A stretch of 61,785 bases of DNA, filler included. It is 6 parts of 6 records of this genome, joined end to end, with 100 filler letters (N's around TTAATTAATTAA, not from the genome) between each part and the next. Parts side by side here need not be neighbours in the genome. Positions count along the whole stretch, not along the records: positions 5,540 to 28,856 come from DRR723986_7410; positions 28,957 to 37,412 come from DRR723986_7413; 4 more parts are not named here. One strand, given 5' to 3'. The notes below the pieces were generated by a model. That model did not search any database. It saw only the letters and a list, made by a program, of their open reading frames with translations, and was not told where the DNA came from. The position numbers and the translations under genes were made by a program. Positions 19,923 through 30,617 of the stretch are shown piece after piece. Position 1 is the first letter of the stretch. Each line of letters opens with the position of its first letter.

Positions 19923-20825
19923 TCAGCCGGTGAGGTGATAGCGGGCGGCAAGAGACAGCTCCGGACTGGGCTCGACGCGGCCTCTGTCCGCAAGGTCCTC
20001 CAGGTGCGCGAATACGGACAGACCTGCTGCCGGGTGCAACGCCGGATCAACCGCTGCATAGAGCACCGAAACGATTTCCGGAATCGATCTTTCGCCTTTT
20101 GCCAGTTCATGAAGGATAGAGGCTTCCCGGTCGAGCCTGTGCTGCTTCAGGTCGCGGACGTAGTCGATGGCATTGCGAACAATACCACCGTGTCCGGGTA
20201 GATAGACGGATTCGGAACGGGCCAGCAGTTTGTCGATCGAGGCCATGTAGTCCCGCATGCTGCCGTCGGGTGGGGCGACGACCGATGTCGACCAGCCCAT
20301 GACGTGATCGGCGGACAGCAGAACCGGTTCCCCGGCAAGGGCAAAACACAGATGGTTGGACGTGTGGCCGGGGGTGGCGACGGCTTCCAGCGAAATGCCT
20401 GCGGCCTCGAACATCTCACCATCTTCCAGCAACCTGTCGGGCGCGTAGTCCTTGTCGCCGCTGGCGTCGAGAGGATTGACCTCGTTTTCAAGAAGCGCTC
20501 GTGCCGGCCGATGCGGCCCGCACCCGATGATCTCGGCACCGGTTCTTTCTTTCAAGAGCCGTGCGCCCGGCGAATGATCCACATGCGTATGGGTGATCAG
20601 GATCGCCTCGATGACTGCGCCCTGTGCAGCCTTCAAGATGGTGTCGACCTGACCTCCCAGAGCAGGCCCGGGGTCAACGCAGATCAGACGACTGGTCCCC
20701 AGCAGATAGCTGTTGGTGCCATGAAAGGTGAAAGGCCCCGGGTTGTTTACCGTTAGCCGGCGCACGCCCGGCATCAGCTCGACGGCAGTTCCATATTGCG
20801 GATCGAACGTGCGATCGTGCTTCAT
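19923..20825 (-). CDS. MBL-fold metallo-hydrolase (LACTB2-like)
   Basis: NPGPFTFHGTNSY, THTHVDH, TPGHT, DHVMGWST, PGHG. Confidence 0.9.
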   Translation of the reverse strand: MKHDRTFDPQYGTAVELMPGVRRLTVNNPGPFTFHGTNSYLLGTSRLICVDPGPALGGQVDTILKAAQGAVIEAILITHTHVDHSPGARLLKERTGAEIIGCGPHRPARALLENEVNPLDASGDKDYAPDRLLEDGEMFEAAGISLEAVATPGHTSNHLCFALAGEPVLLSADHVMGWSTSVVAPPDGSMRDYMASIDKLLARSESVYLPGHGGIVRNAIDYVRDLKQHRLDREASILHELAKGERSIPEIVSVLYAAVDPALHPAAGLSVFAHLEDLADRGRVEPSPELSLAARYHLTG

Positions 20826-20995
20826 GATGTCTCCAGTTGGTTCCGCCAGGGGTGACAGTTTCGGCAGGTCCTGCCTCGGTCTGTACGTCATGTATCTGAC
20901 GTTTGAATCGGCTAGGGAAGCGGTACTTTGCCAAGCCGGGTCCAAATGTGAAACAGTGCGTTTGGGGTTGGAAAGAACGAATTTGACGGAAAATC

Positions 20996-21481
20996 ATGAC
21001 ACATGACACCGAGTGCCGGGTTGAAGGCATGTTGAATCTGCCGCGGAGCCAGGCGTTTTCACTGTTTGTCGACCGGCTTGATCTGTGGTGGACATCGCCT
21101 TTCAAGGATGCGGGCGAGGGCAAGGTTCAGGCGGGTATCGATCCCTATGCGGGCGGTAGCTGTTATGAGATCGACAGTGAAGGCCAGCACAGGGTCTGGG
21201 GAACCGTCCTCTCACTGGAACCGCCGCTTTACATTCGTCTGGCCTGGCAGGTCAGCCGGGATGGCGAGGAAGTTGCGGATCCTGCGACGGCAAGTCGTGT
21301 TATGGTGAACTTCCGCGAGGCCGGGGACAGCACGCGCCTTGAAATCGTTCACAGTGAGTTTCTGAGACATGGCGAAGCAGGAGCGGAATATCTGGAACGC
21401 ATGCGCCAGCCTGATGGCTGGCCGCGTATTCTGGACAACCTGAAATCCGCCGCCAGACATCCCTTGCCTCAAAATCGGTGA
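20996..21481 (+). CDS. SRPBCC/AHSA1 domain protein
   Basis: AFSLF...WW, WGTVL..EPP, TRLEIVH, GWPRIL. Confidence 0.8.
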   Translation: MTHDTECRVEGMLNLPRSQAFSLFVDRLDLWWTSPFKDAGEGKVQAGIDPYAGGSCYEIDSEGQHRVWGTVLSLEPPLYIRLAWQVSRDGEEVADPATASRVMVNFREAGDSTRLEIVHSEFLRHGEAGAEYLERMRQPDGWPRILDNLKSAARHPLPQNR

Positions 21482-21725
21482 TTGGTGGGGGTATTTAGCG
21501 CCGGTTCGGAAGTTTCGGTTCACCTGACGCGAACAGCGTTGGTGGGTCGGAGCCCATTTTCAGGGGTGTATTTGATTGTCGCTTGGCTGACATGCTTTCC
21601 GTGTTAGGGGAGTGGTCCGATGCTGCCCCGATCTCCCTATTCCGGCCTTGCACATTTACTGAGACGTCGAAATAGTGTCTGCACTCGGGACACCTAACTG
21701 CTGAAACGAATTCGCTCGACCGTCC

Positions 21726-23081
21726 ATGACCCAACCGCCTTCGCCAATCGAAGAACCTGCTGAAGACCGGCAGGCCGCATCGCCGCTGACCCGACTTGGC
21801 GAGGCCCGCTGGATTCTGCTGTTCGCGTTTGCTGCTGCCGCAGGCGCGGTCATCGTCCATGAAGTGCCGTTGACGACGGCGCTGCTCGCCATGGCGGCAA
21901 TTGTTGTCGTGGCCTGTTTCGTGCCGCGCAAGTCTTCGAGCCGCAGGGTCAAGCTGAATGCCCAGCGGGAAATCCGCAGGATGTGGCCGGGTACGGGCAT
22001 GAAGGTCACCGTTGATGCGTTGCCGACACCCTGCTTCGTTGCAGACGGGCGGGGCATCACCCGCTATGTCAACAAGCAGGCGCTGTCGATTTATGAAGGC
22101 GTGAAACCGGGGGATCCTCTGTCCTTCTCGCTCCGGGCTCCTTCGCTGCTGGAAGCGTTCGACCGTGTCTGCACAACGGGTGAGGCCGAGAAAATCAGCT
22201 GGATCGAGAAGGTGCCGACCGAAACCTGGTACGAGGCTCATATCTCGCCGATCTACATGCCCGGAAGCGCAGGCCTGGAAAAGATGCCGAGCTTGCCGGA
22301 CTTCATTCTGGTGGTCATTCAGGACCTGACAGAAAATCGCCGGCTTGAACGCATGCGCACGGACTTCGTCGCCAATGCCAGCCATGAACTGCGCACGCCT
22401 CTGGCCTCGCTCACCGGATTTATCGAGACCCTGCAAGGACCTGCGCGCAACGATCCGGAGGCGAGAGACAGGTTTTTGTCGATCATGCTGGATCAGGCGG
22501 GGCGCATGCGCCGGTTGATCGATGATATTCTGTCGCTGTCGCGGATCGAGCTGAAGGCGCACGTCCGGCCCGCAAATGCTGTCGATCTGTCAGAGATCGT
22601 CCGGCATACGACCGATGCGCTGTCTCCGCTGGCCTCCGACATGGGCGTCGAGATCCGGCTTCAGCTCCCGGACACCCCTGTGCGGATCAGGGGCGACAGG
22701 GACGAACTCATCCAGGTGACGGAAAACCTGATTGAGAACGCGTTGAAATACGGCCATGACGGCAAGTTCGTCGACGTCGGTCTTGAAAGACCGCAGGCGC
22801 CGCAGGATGCACCGACCTGGCAACTTTCGGTACGCGACTACGGCGAGGGCATTCCGCGTGAGCATCTGCCGCGCCTGACGGAGAGGTTCTACCGGGTCGA
22901 TGTCGAATCGAGCCGGGCGATGAAGGGAACCGGCCTCGGGCTTGCCATCGTGAAGCACATCCTGACCCGCCACAGGGGCCGGCTGGAAGTGGAGAGCGAG
23001 CCGGGGCAGGGGGCGACGTTCAAGGTCAGTTTGCCTGCCATGGAGAACGTTGAAGGTCTGCCCGAGAAGATCTCCGCCTGA
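21726..23081 (+). CDS. phoR: phosphate regulon sensor histidine kinase
   Basis: TMs, PAS-like region, DFVANASHELRTPL, PRLTERFYRVD, GTGLGLAIVKH; upstream of pst genes. Confidence 0.92.
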   Translation: MTQPPSPIEEPAEDRQAASPLTRLGEARWILLFAFAAAAGAVIVHEVPLTTALLAMAAIVVVACFVPRKSSSRRVKLNAQREIRRMWPGTGMKVTVDALPTPCFVADGRGITRYVNKQALSIYEGVKPGDPLSFSLRAPSLLEAFDRVCTTGEAEKISWIEKVPTETWYEAHISPIYMPGSAGLEKMPSLPDFILVVIQDLTENRRLERMRTDFVANASHELRTPLASLTGFIETLQGPARNDPEARDRFLSIMLDQAGRMRRLIDDILSLSRIELKAHVRPANAVDLSEIVRHTTDALSPLASDMGVEIRLQLPDTPVRIRGDRDELIQVTENLIENALKYGHDGKFVDVGLERPQAPQDAPTWQLSVRDYGEGIPREHLPRLTERFYRVDVESSRAMKGTGLGLAIVKHILTRHRGRLEVESEPGQGATFKVSLPAMENVEGLPEKISA

Positions 23082-23237
23082 TGCCGGATTGGCGACTGTC
23101 GTATTCCTGAGACGCGAGACTGCTAGAGACTTGCCACTGCAAGATCGGAAAAGTCTTTTGTGACCGGTCAGGCGATCCGCCTAAAGGAAGGCCTGTCTTG
23201 CCGGATCGCGCCAGCATTTTTGTCCAGGAGTTTTAAC

Positions 23238-24236
23238 GTGCCGATGTATTTTTCAGCCCGCGCTGTGTTGTGTGGCGTTTTTTGTTTGGCATCCCTGACC
23301 GCCGAAGCGCGTGACCGATTGCTTATCGTCGGCTCGTCCACGGTATTTCCGTTTGCGACCGCGGTCGCAGAAGCAGTCGGCAGCAACGGCGTAAAGTTCC
23401 CGATTGTCGAATCCACGGGCTCAGGCGCCGGTTTCAACCTGTTCTGCAAGGGCGTTGGTGAACACACGCCGGACATCACGAATGCATCCAGGCGCATGAA
23501 GCCTTCGGAACTGGACACCTGTCTCGCAAACGGTGTCACGCCGGTCGAAGTGGAAATCGGTTATGATGGCATCGTGCTTGCCAATTCGCGCAATGGCCCG
23601 AAATTCACCCTGACCGTGGAGCAGATTTTCGAGGCGCTGGCCGAGAAACTCCCGAAGGACGAACAGCTTGTCGACAATGGCAACCTCGCCTGGTCGGACA
23701 TCGATGCGGACTTGCCGAATGAGGAGATCGAGGTGCTTGGACCGCCTCCGACCTCCGGCACCCGTGACGCGTTCGAGGAACTCGTCATGGAAGAAGGCTG
23801 CAAGTCGGTCAAGGATCTGGAAAAGGACGGTTGCACCCGCATTCGCCGGGACGGCAGCTTTGTCGAAGCGGGCGAGAACGACGACCTGATCGTCGGTGCT
23901 CTGGAGGCCAATCCCGTGACGGTCGGCATCTTCGGCTATTCCTTCCTGATGCAGAACCGGGACAAGATCCAGAGCGTTGGCGTCAACGGGGTCGAGCCGA
24001 CGTTCGAAAAGATTGCCTCCGGGGAATACCCGGTGTCCCGCCCGCTGTTTTTCTACATCAAGAAGGAACACGTCGGCCTTATTCCTGGCATGGAGGAGTA
24101 TGTGGCTGCCTTCACCAGCGAAGAGGCCTGGGGCGACGATGGGTATCTGGCGAGCAAAGGACTGATTCCCCTGTCTGCCGAAAAACGCAGGCAAGAGGCG
24201 ACCGACGCAATGGCGTTGCCGGCCTTGCAACTCTGA
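23238..24236 (+). CDS. pstS: phosphate ABC transporter substrate-binding protein, paralog 1
   Basis: AGGAG RBS then GTG; GSSTVFP, ASRRMK, GPPPTSGTRDAF, YPVSRPLFFY. Confidence 0.88.
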   Translation: MPMYFSARAVLCGVFCLASLTAEARDRLLIVGSSTVFPFATAVAEAVGSNGVKFPIVESTGSGAGFNLFCKGVGEHTPDITNASRRMKPSELDTCLANGVTPVEVEIGYDGIVLANSRNGPKFTLTVEQIFEALAEKLPKDEQLVDNGNLAWSDIDADLPNEEIEVLGPPPTSGTRDAFEELVMEEGCKSVKDLEKDGCTRIRRDGSFVEAGENDDLIVGALEANPVTVGIFGYSFLMQNRDKIQSVGVNGVEPTFEKIASGEYPVSRPLFFYIKKEHVGLIPGMEEYVAAFTSEEAWGDDGYLASKGLIPLSAEKRRQEATDAMALPALQL

Positions 24237-24463
24237 TCGAGCCGAACCGGGCAATGCAAAACCCGGTTCGGCCGCAGCGGCAGGTGCCTGAAAATCTCCC
24301 TGATCAGGCATAACGCTCGCCAGATGGATAAAAGGGATGCCTGTCAGCTTTGCCGAGGCAAGCGAGAGCTGCACCATGTGCACCTCGAGACGGGTTTTTG
24401 TGACCTTTTGCGACATAAAACCGTCAAGGAACAGGTTTTCTTGAGTGATTTCAGTATCTTAAA

Positions 24464-24503
24464 TTGTCACAAAACTGAAAAGGAACTGTCATAGAACTCT
24501 CAT
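24464..24503 (+). promoter_or_regulatory. tandem Pho boxes (PhoB sites)
   Basis: Four units in exact 11-bp phase: TTGTCAC-AAAA, CTGAAAA-GGAA, CTGTCAT-AGAA, CTCTCAT; upstream of pstSCAB. Confidence 0.85.
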
Positions 24504-24590
24504 CCGTGGAGCCTAGGTTCCCCGCATCGCTCGTGCACATCCAAGCGCGGTGATCATCTAGAAACCTTGACATTCAAAGGGAGTGGTCAA

Positions 24591-25631
24591 GTGAAATTTA
24601 CGACCCTCGTTAGCGCAACTGCTCTTGCCGTTGCTTCCACTGCATTCGTTGGTTCGGCTCAGGCTCGCGACCAGGTGCAGATTGCTGGTTCCTCCACGGT
24701 TCTTCCCTATGCTTCCATCGTTGCTGAAGCATTCGGCGAAAACACCGATTTCCCGACACCGGTCGTTGAATCCGGTGGCTCCTCTGCTGGTCTGAAGAAG
24801 TTCTGCACCGGCGTTGGCGAAAACACCATCGACATCGCAAACGCTTCCCGCGCTATCCGCGAGAAGGAAATCAAGGCTTGTGCCGAAGCTGGCGTAAAAG
24901 ACATCATCGAAGTCCGCATCGGCTACGATGGCATCGTCTTCGCTTCCCAGAAAGACGGCCCGGCTTTCAACGAATTCACCCAGGTTCAGTGGTTCAACGC
25001 TCTGTCTCCGAAAGTCCTGAAGGACGGTCAGATCGTCGACAACCCGTACACCAAGTGGTCCGAAATTGACGCTTCCCTGCCGGACGCGGAAATCGCTGCT
25101 TTCATCCCGGGCACCAAGCACGGCACCCGTGAAGTGTTCGAAGAAAAAGTTCTGGCTGTTGGCTGTGAAGAATCCGGCGCTCTGAAAGCCATGATCGACG
25201 GTGGCATGTCCGAAGACGACGCTGAAGACGCCTGCATCGCAGTTCGCACGGACGGCAAGTCGGTCGACATCGACGGCGACTACACCGAGACCCTGGCTCG
25301 CATCGACTCCAACCCGAACGGCGTTGGCGTTTTCGGCCTGGCGTTCTACGAGAACAACACCGACAAACTCAAAGTGGCAACGATGGCCGGTATCGCTCCG
25401 TCCACCGAAACCATCGCCAAGGGTGAGTACCCGGTTTCCCGTCCGCTGTTCTTCTACATCAAGAAGGCACACATCGGCGTTATCCCGGGCCTGAAAGAAT
25501 ACGCTCAGTTCTTCGTTTCTGACGAAATCGCTGGCCCGGACGGCCCGCTGGCCCAGTATGGCCTGGTTTCCGATCCGGAGCTTGCAGCTACGCAGGCTTC
25601 CATCGAAGCCGAAGAAACGATGGGCAACTAA
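24591..25631 (+). CDS. pstS: phosphate ABC transporter substrate-binding protein, paralog 2 (operon-leading)
   Basis: GGGAG RBS then GTG; signal peptide, GSSTVLP, PGTKHGTREVF, YPVSRPLFFY; many GCT/GGT/GTT codons typical of highly expressed genes. Confidence 0.93.
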   Translation: MKFTTLVSATALAVASTAFVGSAQARDQVQIAGSSTVLPYASIVAEAFGENTDFPTPVVESGGSSAGLKKFCTGVGENTIDIANASRAIREKEIKACAEAGVKDIIEVRIGYDGIVFASQKDGPAFNEFTQVQWFNALSPKVLKDGQIVDNPYTKWSEIDASLPDAEIAAFIPGTKHGTREVFEEKVLAVGCEESGALKAMIDGGMSEDDAEDACIAVRTDGKSVDIDGDYTETLARIDSNPNGVGVFGLAFYENNTDKLKVATMAGIAPSTETIAKGEYPVSRPLFFYIKKAHIGVIPGLKEYAQFFVSDEIAGPDGPLAQYGLVSDPELAATQASIEAEETMGN

Positions 25632-25643
25632 GCACATCTTTCC

Positions 25644-25679
25644 GGAAGGGCGGCTTCGGCCGCCCTTTCTTTCTTCTTT
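25644..25679 (+). terminator. hairpin between pstS and pstC
   Basis: GAAGGGCGGC-TTCG-GCCGCCCTTT followed by a pyrimidine tract. Confidence 0.7.
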
Positions 25680-25696
25680 GCCGGTTGGGTCGCCCT

Positions 25697-27166
25697 ATGT
25701 CACTTCCATATATTCTTATTGCGCTGCTGGTTCTGGCTGTCGCCGGATACATAGTCGGCCGCGGAAAAGCCTTAAGTTCTGCCGGAGGGGATGTGCGAGA
25801 GCTCCATTCCCTGCCTGGTTATTACGGCTGGAACGTCGTTGTTTCGATATTGGTTCCTGCCCTCCTGCTGCTCATTGCGTGGCTGATCTTCCAGCCCATC
25901 ATTCTTGACAGTCAGGTTTCCTCCAAGATTTCCGAAGAGACCATTGCCGCAAGTTCACTCGACCTCGTCATGAGCGACGTCGTACGTGTTGCCGAGGGTC
26001 TCGACCTTGCCGTTTCTCAGGGCGCCATGTCGGCCGACATGGCGTCTTCCATCCGCACCGATCTGACCGACGTGCGCAGCCGTCTCGGCGAGATAGGTGT
26101 CGCGCTCGGTTCCGAAGTGACCGCCGAAACGTTGCGGGCCGCGCAGACATACCGCAGCATCTCGGGTACAGGCCTGCTGTTGCGGACAATCGGCGTTCTG
26201 GCGGTCGGCCTGATCGGTTTCGCTGTCGGTGTTCTGCGCACCAACAAGGATTTCCGTGCCCGCAACGTCGTGGAAACGGTCGTCCGCTATATCCTGATTG
26301 CAGCAGCCTCGATCGCCATCCTGACGACTGTCGGCATCGTGCTGTCGCTGATCTTCAACACGGTCGAGTTCTTCCGGCTCTATCCGGCCGCGGATTTCTT
26401 CTTCGGCCTGACCTGGGCGCCGAGCTTCGGCGGCGGATCGGAGCTGGGGATCGTGCCGCTGATCTGGGCGACCATGTATATCTCCCTGATCGCACTCGCC
26501 GTTGCCGTACCGATCGGTCTGTTCGCTGCCATCTACCTGTCTGAGTATGCAACGCCGCACGTACGCGCGGTCGCCAAGCCGCTGCTCGAGATCCTGGCCG
26601 GTATTCCAACCATCGTTTACGGTCTCTTCGCGCTGCTGACAGTCGGGCCGCTTCTGATGAACGTCTTCGGCTCCGGCGGTGCGCTTGGCGTAAGCTGGAT
26701 GTCCGGTGCTTCCTCGGTGTTCACCGCCGGCGCTGTCATGGGCATCATGCTGATCCCTTTCGTCAGCTCGCTCTCCGACGACATCATCAACGCTGTGCCG
26801 CAGGCCATGCGTGACGGTTCGCTCGGACTTGGTGCCACCCATTCGGAAACCGTGAAGCAGGTCATTCTGCCGGCGGCCCTGCCGGGGATCGTCGGGGCCA
26901 TCCTGCTCGCGGCCTCTCGCGCCATCGGTGAAACCATGATCGTTGTTCTGGGGGCCGGCGCGGCTGCCCGCCTCAGCATGAACCCGCTCGAAGCGATGAC
27001 CACCGTGACCGCGAAGATCGTCAGCCAGCTCACCGGCGACGCCGACTTTGCCTCCCCGGAAGCCCTTGTCGCCTTCGCGCTCGGCATGACCCTGTTCGTC
27101 GTGACCCTGGGGCTCAACATCGTCGCGCTCTACATCGTGCGCAAATATCGGGAGCAGTACGACTAA
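25697..27166 (+). CDS. pstC: phosphate ABC transporter permease
   Basis: AAIYLSEYA, EILAGIPTIVYG, SRAIGETMIV. Confidence 0.95.
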   Translation: MSLPYILIALLVLAVAGYIVGRGKALSSAGGDVRELHSLPGYYGWNVVVSILVPALLLLIAWLIFQPIILDSQVSSKISEETIAASSLDLVMSDVVRVAEGLDLAVSQGAMSADMASSIRTDLTDVRSRLGEIGVALGSEVTAETLRAAQTYRSISGTGLLLRTIGVLAVGLIGFAVGVLRTNKDFRARNVVETVVRYILIAAASIAILTTVGIVLSLIFNTVEFFRLYPAADFFFGLTWAPSFGGGSELGIVPLIWATMYISLIALAVAVPIGLFAAIYLSEYATPHVRAVAKPLLEILAGIPTIVYGLFALLTVGPLLMNVFGSGGALGVSWMSGASSVFTAGAVMGIMLIPFVSSLSDDIINAVPQAMRDGSLGLGATHSETVKQVILPAALPGIVGAILLAASRAIGETMIVVLGAGAAARLSMNPLEAMTTVTAKIVSQLTGDADFASPEALVAFALGMTLFVVTLGLNIVALYIVRKYREQYD

Positions 27167-28518
27167 TGACCGACACGACCCTTACGCCACCGTCGGGCAA
27201 GACCAGTGCTCCGACCCCGCACAAGACCACGTCGATCCTCGAACTCGATCCGCTGACCAGAAAGCGCAACGCCGCTGAAGCGCGCTTCAAGCTCTACGGC
27301 ATCATTGCCATCGGCATCGGCCTGTTCTTCCTCGTTGCGCTGCTGTGGGCAATCCTTTCCAACGGCCTTGGCGCCTTCAGCCAGACCTTCCTGAAGGTGG
27401 ATGTCCCACTCAATCAGGAGCAGATTGCCGAAGCGGAAAAGTCGGTGGTCAAGACGTCCAAGTACCGGGCCATCATCGACGACGCCTTTGCCAAGGAACT
27501 CGCCGGTGCCAACATCACCACAGACATGTCGGCAAAAGACCTGCAGAAGCTGTTCTCCTCAGGGGCTGCCGCGACGGTCCGTGACTTTGCGCTTGCCAAC
27601 CCGGACAAGATCGGCACGACGGTAACCTTCGAGCTGATCGCCTCATCCCGTGTCGACGGCTACCTGAAGGGCCGCGTCAAGCGCGAGGATCTTGCCGAAG
27701 ACAAGAACCTGGATGCCGCACACCTGGATCTGGCTGACCAGATGCAGTCCGCCGGCATTCTGGAGAAGCGCTTCAACTGGGCCTTCATCACCGGGACCGA
27801 TGCTTCCGACAGCCGTCCGGAGCAGGCCGGCATCGGGGCGTCCATGATCGGGTCGCTGTTCATGATGCTGGTGGTGCTGTTCCTGTCGCTGCCGATCGGC
27901 GTGGCCGCTTCCATCTACCTGGAAGAGTTCGCTCCGCAGAACAAGTTCACAGATCTGATCGAGGTGAATATCTCCAACCTGGCCGCCGTTCCGTCCATCG
28001 TGTTCGGTATTCTCGGTCTGGCGGTGTTCATCCAGTTCATGCATCTGCCGCAATCCGCACCGCTGGTCGGTGGCCTGGTGCTGACGCTGATGACACTTCC
28101 GACGATCATCATCTCCACCCGCGCCTCCTTGAAGGCTGTTCCGCCGAGCATCCGCGATGCGGCCCTTGGCATTGGCGCCTCCAAGATGCAGTCGATCTTC
28201 CACCATGTCCTGCCGCTGGCAATGCCGGGCATTCTGACCGGCACGATCATCGGTCTGGCACAGGCGCTTGGGGAAACCGCTCCGCTGCTCCTGATCGGGA
28301 TGGTCGGCTTCATCGCCTCCAATTTCCCGGACGGTGTGGCTGCCGGTTTCTTCTCTCCGAACTCGGCCATGCCGGCCCAGATCTACGAGTGGGCGAAACG
28401 TGCCGACCCGGCCTTCTATGAACGCGCTTGGGGCGGGATCATCGTGCTGCTGGTCTTCCTCATGACCATGAACATTATCGCTATCATCCTGCGCCGCAGG
28501 TTTGAACGCCGCTGGTAA
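27166..28518 (+). CDS. pstA: phosphate ABC transporter permease
   Basis: [33 protein letters not shown] overlap with pstC. Confidence 0.95.
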   Translation: MTDTTLTPPSGKTSAPTPHKTTSILELDPLTRKRNAAEARFKLYGIIAIGIGLFFLVALLWAILSNGLGAFSQTFLKVDVPLNQEQIAEAEKSVVKTSKYRAIIDDAFAKELAGANITTDMSAKDLQKLFSSGAAATVRDFALANPDKIGTTVTFELIASSRVDGYLKGRVKREDLAEDKNLDAAHLDLADQMQSAGILEKRFNWAFITGTDASDSRPEQAGIGASMIGSLFMMLVVLFLSLPIGVAASIYLEEFAPQNKFTDLIEVNISNLAAVPSIVFGILGLAVFIQFMHLPQSAPLVGGLVLTLMTLPTIIISTRASLKAVPPSIRDAALGIGASKMQSIFHHVLPLAMPGILTGTIIGLAQALGETAPLLLIGMVGFIASNFPDGVAAGFFSPNSAMPAQIYEWAKRADPAFYERAWGGIIVLLVFLMTMNIIAIILRRRFERRW

Positions 28519-28529
28519 GGATTGCTCCG

Positions 28530-28856
28530 ATGAACGAGATGCCGAATTTTGAACAGGCGAAAACCATGACCGACAGCAAAATTTCCGCGAACAAGGTGCA
28601 GGTCTATTATGGCGATACCCACGCCATCAAGGACGTGGACATCGAGATCCAGCCGCGGTCCGTGACTGCCTTCATCGGTCCGTCCGGATGTGGCAAGTCA
28701 ACGTTCCTGCGGACGATCAACCGCATGAACGACACCATCGACATCTGCCGTGTGGAAGGGTCGATCAAGATCGACGGTGAGGACATCTACGATCCCAAGG
28801 TCGATCCCGTACAGCTGCGCGCCAAGGTCGGCATGGTGTTCCAGAAGCCGAACCCG
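28530..28856 (+). CDS. pstB: phosphate ABC transporter ATPase, 3' truncated
   Basis: [24 protein letters not shown]. Confidence 0.95.
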
Positions 28857-28956
28857 NNNNNNNNNNNNNNNNNNNNNNNNNNNNNNNNNNNNNNNNNNNN
28901 TTAATTAATTAANNNNNNNNNNNNNNNNNNNNNNNNNNNNNNNNNNNNNNNNNNNN
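28857..28956. other. artificial contig linker
   Basis: N44-TTAATTAATTAA-N44. Confidence 0.99.
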
Positions 28957-30567
28957 GGCCTCTACCTCGGAATCCAGCGCCGATGTCGCCTCGTCTAGCA
29001 CCAAGATGGGGGCGTCTTTCAAAATGGCCCGGGCCAAGGCAATACGTTGGCGTTGCCCGCCCGACAGTTTAACCCCCCGCTCGCCCAAATGCGCATCATA
29101 CCCCCGGCGGCCCTTATGATCTTGCATCGCGATGATGAAATCATGCGCCTCGGCCTTGCGGGCGGCTTGCTGAATTTCGGCATCAGTGGCATCGGGGTGG
29201 CCATAGGCAATATTGTCACGAACCGATCGGTTAAACATCGCCGTTTCCTGCGTAACCATACCAATGGCGCGGCGCAGGCTTTGCTGGGTGATCGATTGTA
29301 TATTTTGGCCCGCAATCACCACCTGCCCTGCCTCGGGTTGGTGCAAGCGCAACAGCAGCGACACCAGCGTAGATTTGCCCGCGCCAGATGCGCCTACAAT
29401 GGCCAGCTTTTCGCCGCTTTTGATGGCCAGCGTAACATCATCCACGCCGCCTGCCGCCTGCCCATAGGCAAAAGAGACGTTCTGAAAAACGATATCGCTT
29501 TGGCCATCTTTCAAGCGCAAAGGCTGGGCATCGGCTGCGTCTTCCAGCCGGATCCGTGGGGTTAGGGTGCGCATGCCGTCTTCGACTTCGCCGATGTTGG
29601 AATAGATTGTCATCAGCGTAAAGCTAACCCAGCCCGTCATCTGCGCGATGCGTATCGATACCGTGCCCGCGGCCACTATATCGCCCGCGCTGGCCTGGCC
29701 CAGCGACCAATCGTGCAGGGTAATGCCTATCAGCAATACCGGCAGCACCCCGGCAAGCCCCATCAAGACAAAGCGAAACCCAGCCGCCAAGCGGCCAAAA
29801 TGCAGGGCCGTGTGGCGAAACTGGCCCAAAGCCCCCAGTGCTGCGCGGTCTTCGTGGGCGTCATGGGCAAATAGTTTCACGGTTTTAATATTGGTAATCG
29901 TATCAACAATTTGGCCCGAAACATGCGCGCGCGCGCCGGCGCGGGCCGCGGCCCTTTCGCGGATGCGTGGCAAATACCAGCGGATCGCCACAAAATATAC
30001 CGCCAACCACAGCAAAAAGGCCAAGGCCACGGTGCCATCGATCGACACCAACAACAAAACAGAGCCCAAAAGCGAGGCCAGCGCAAAGGCCACTACGTTG
30101 ATCACCTCAACCACCACATCGGTTAAGGCGCGCGCGGTTTGCATTTGCTTTTGCGCGATGCGGCCGGCGAAATCGTTGTCGAAAAACTGCACCGCTTGGC
30201 CCAATGTCCAACGGTTCAACCGCGACAAAACCAGCGGGTTCACATTGGGCGCCACCAAAATAGAATTTGCCGCCGAAGACAGCCCAAAGGCCAAGGGCCG
30301 CAGCACCATGAAAAATGCCACAGAGGCGGCCAGGATAACCAAGGTTTCACCGGTAAAATAGCCATCCGCGCTGCGCGCCACGGTGCTATCAATAACCAAG
30401 CCCATGATCAGCGCTGTTGCCGCCTCCATCATGCCTGCAAATGCCGAAACAAATGTGGCCAAACCCAGCGCAGGCCAGGCGCCGCGCAGCGCCCAACGCA
30501 TGAAAAGCCACAGGTTTTGGGGGGGCGGCCCTTTGGCCGCGGCGAATGGATCGATCAGCTTGCTCAT
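28957..30567 (-). CDS. ABC exporter, fused permease/ATPase, 3' truncated
   Basis: TM domain, GASGAGKST, LSGGQRQR, LDEATSALD. Confidence 0.92.
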
Positions 30568-30617
30568 TGCGCTAAGCTGCGCCGCGGTGCTGCAATGTCA
30601 ACCGCGAAAGCGCGCGC

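Noticed and set aside
23095-23112. CTGTCGT-ATTC-CTGAGAC as a Pho box for pstS1
   Set aside because: Second half-site has three mismatches; too weak to call.
24558-25637. Long antisense ORFs (e.g. 24558-25637, 43582-44931, 8697-9683, 21495-22562, 14282-15265)
   Set aside because: Shadows of real genes on the opposite strand in high-GC DNA; no recognisable motifs.
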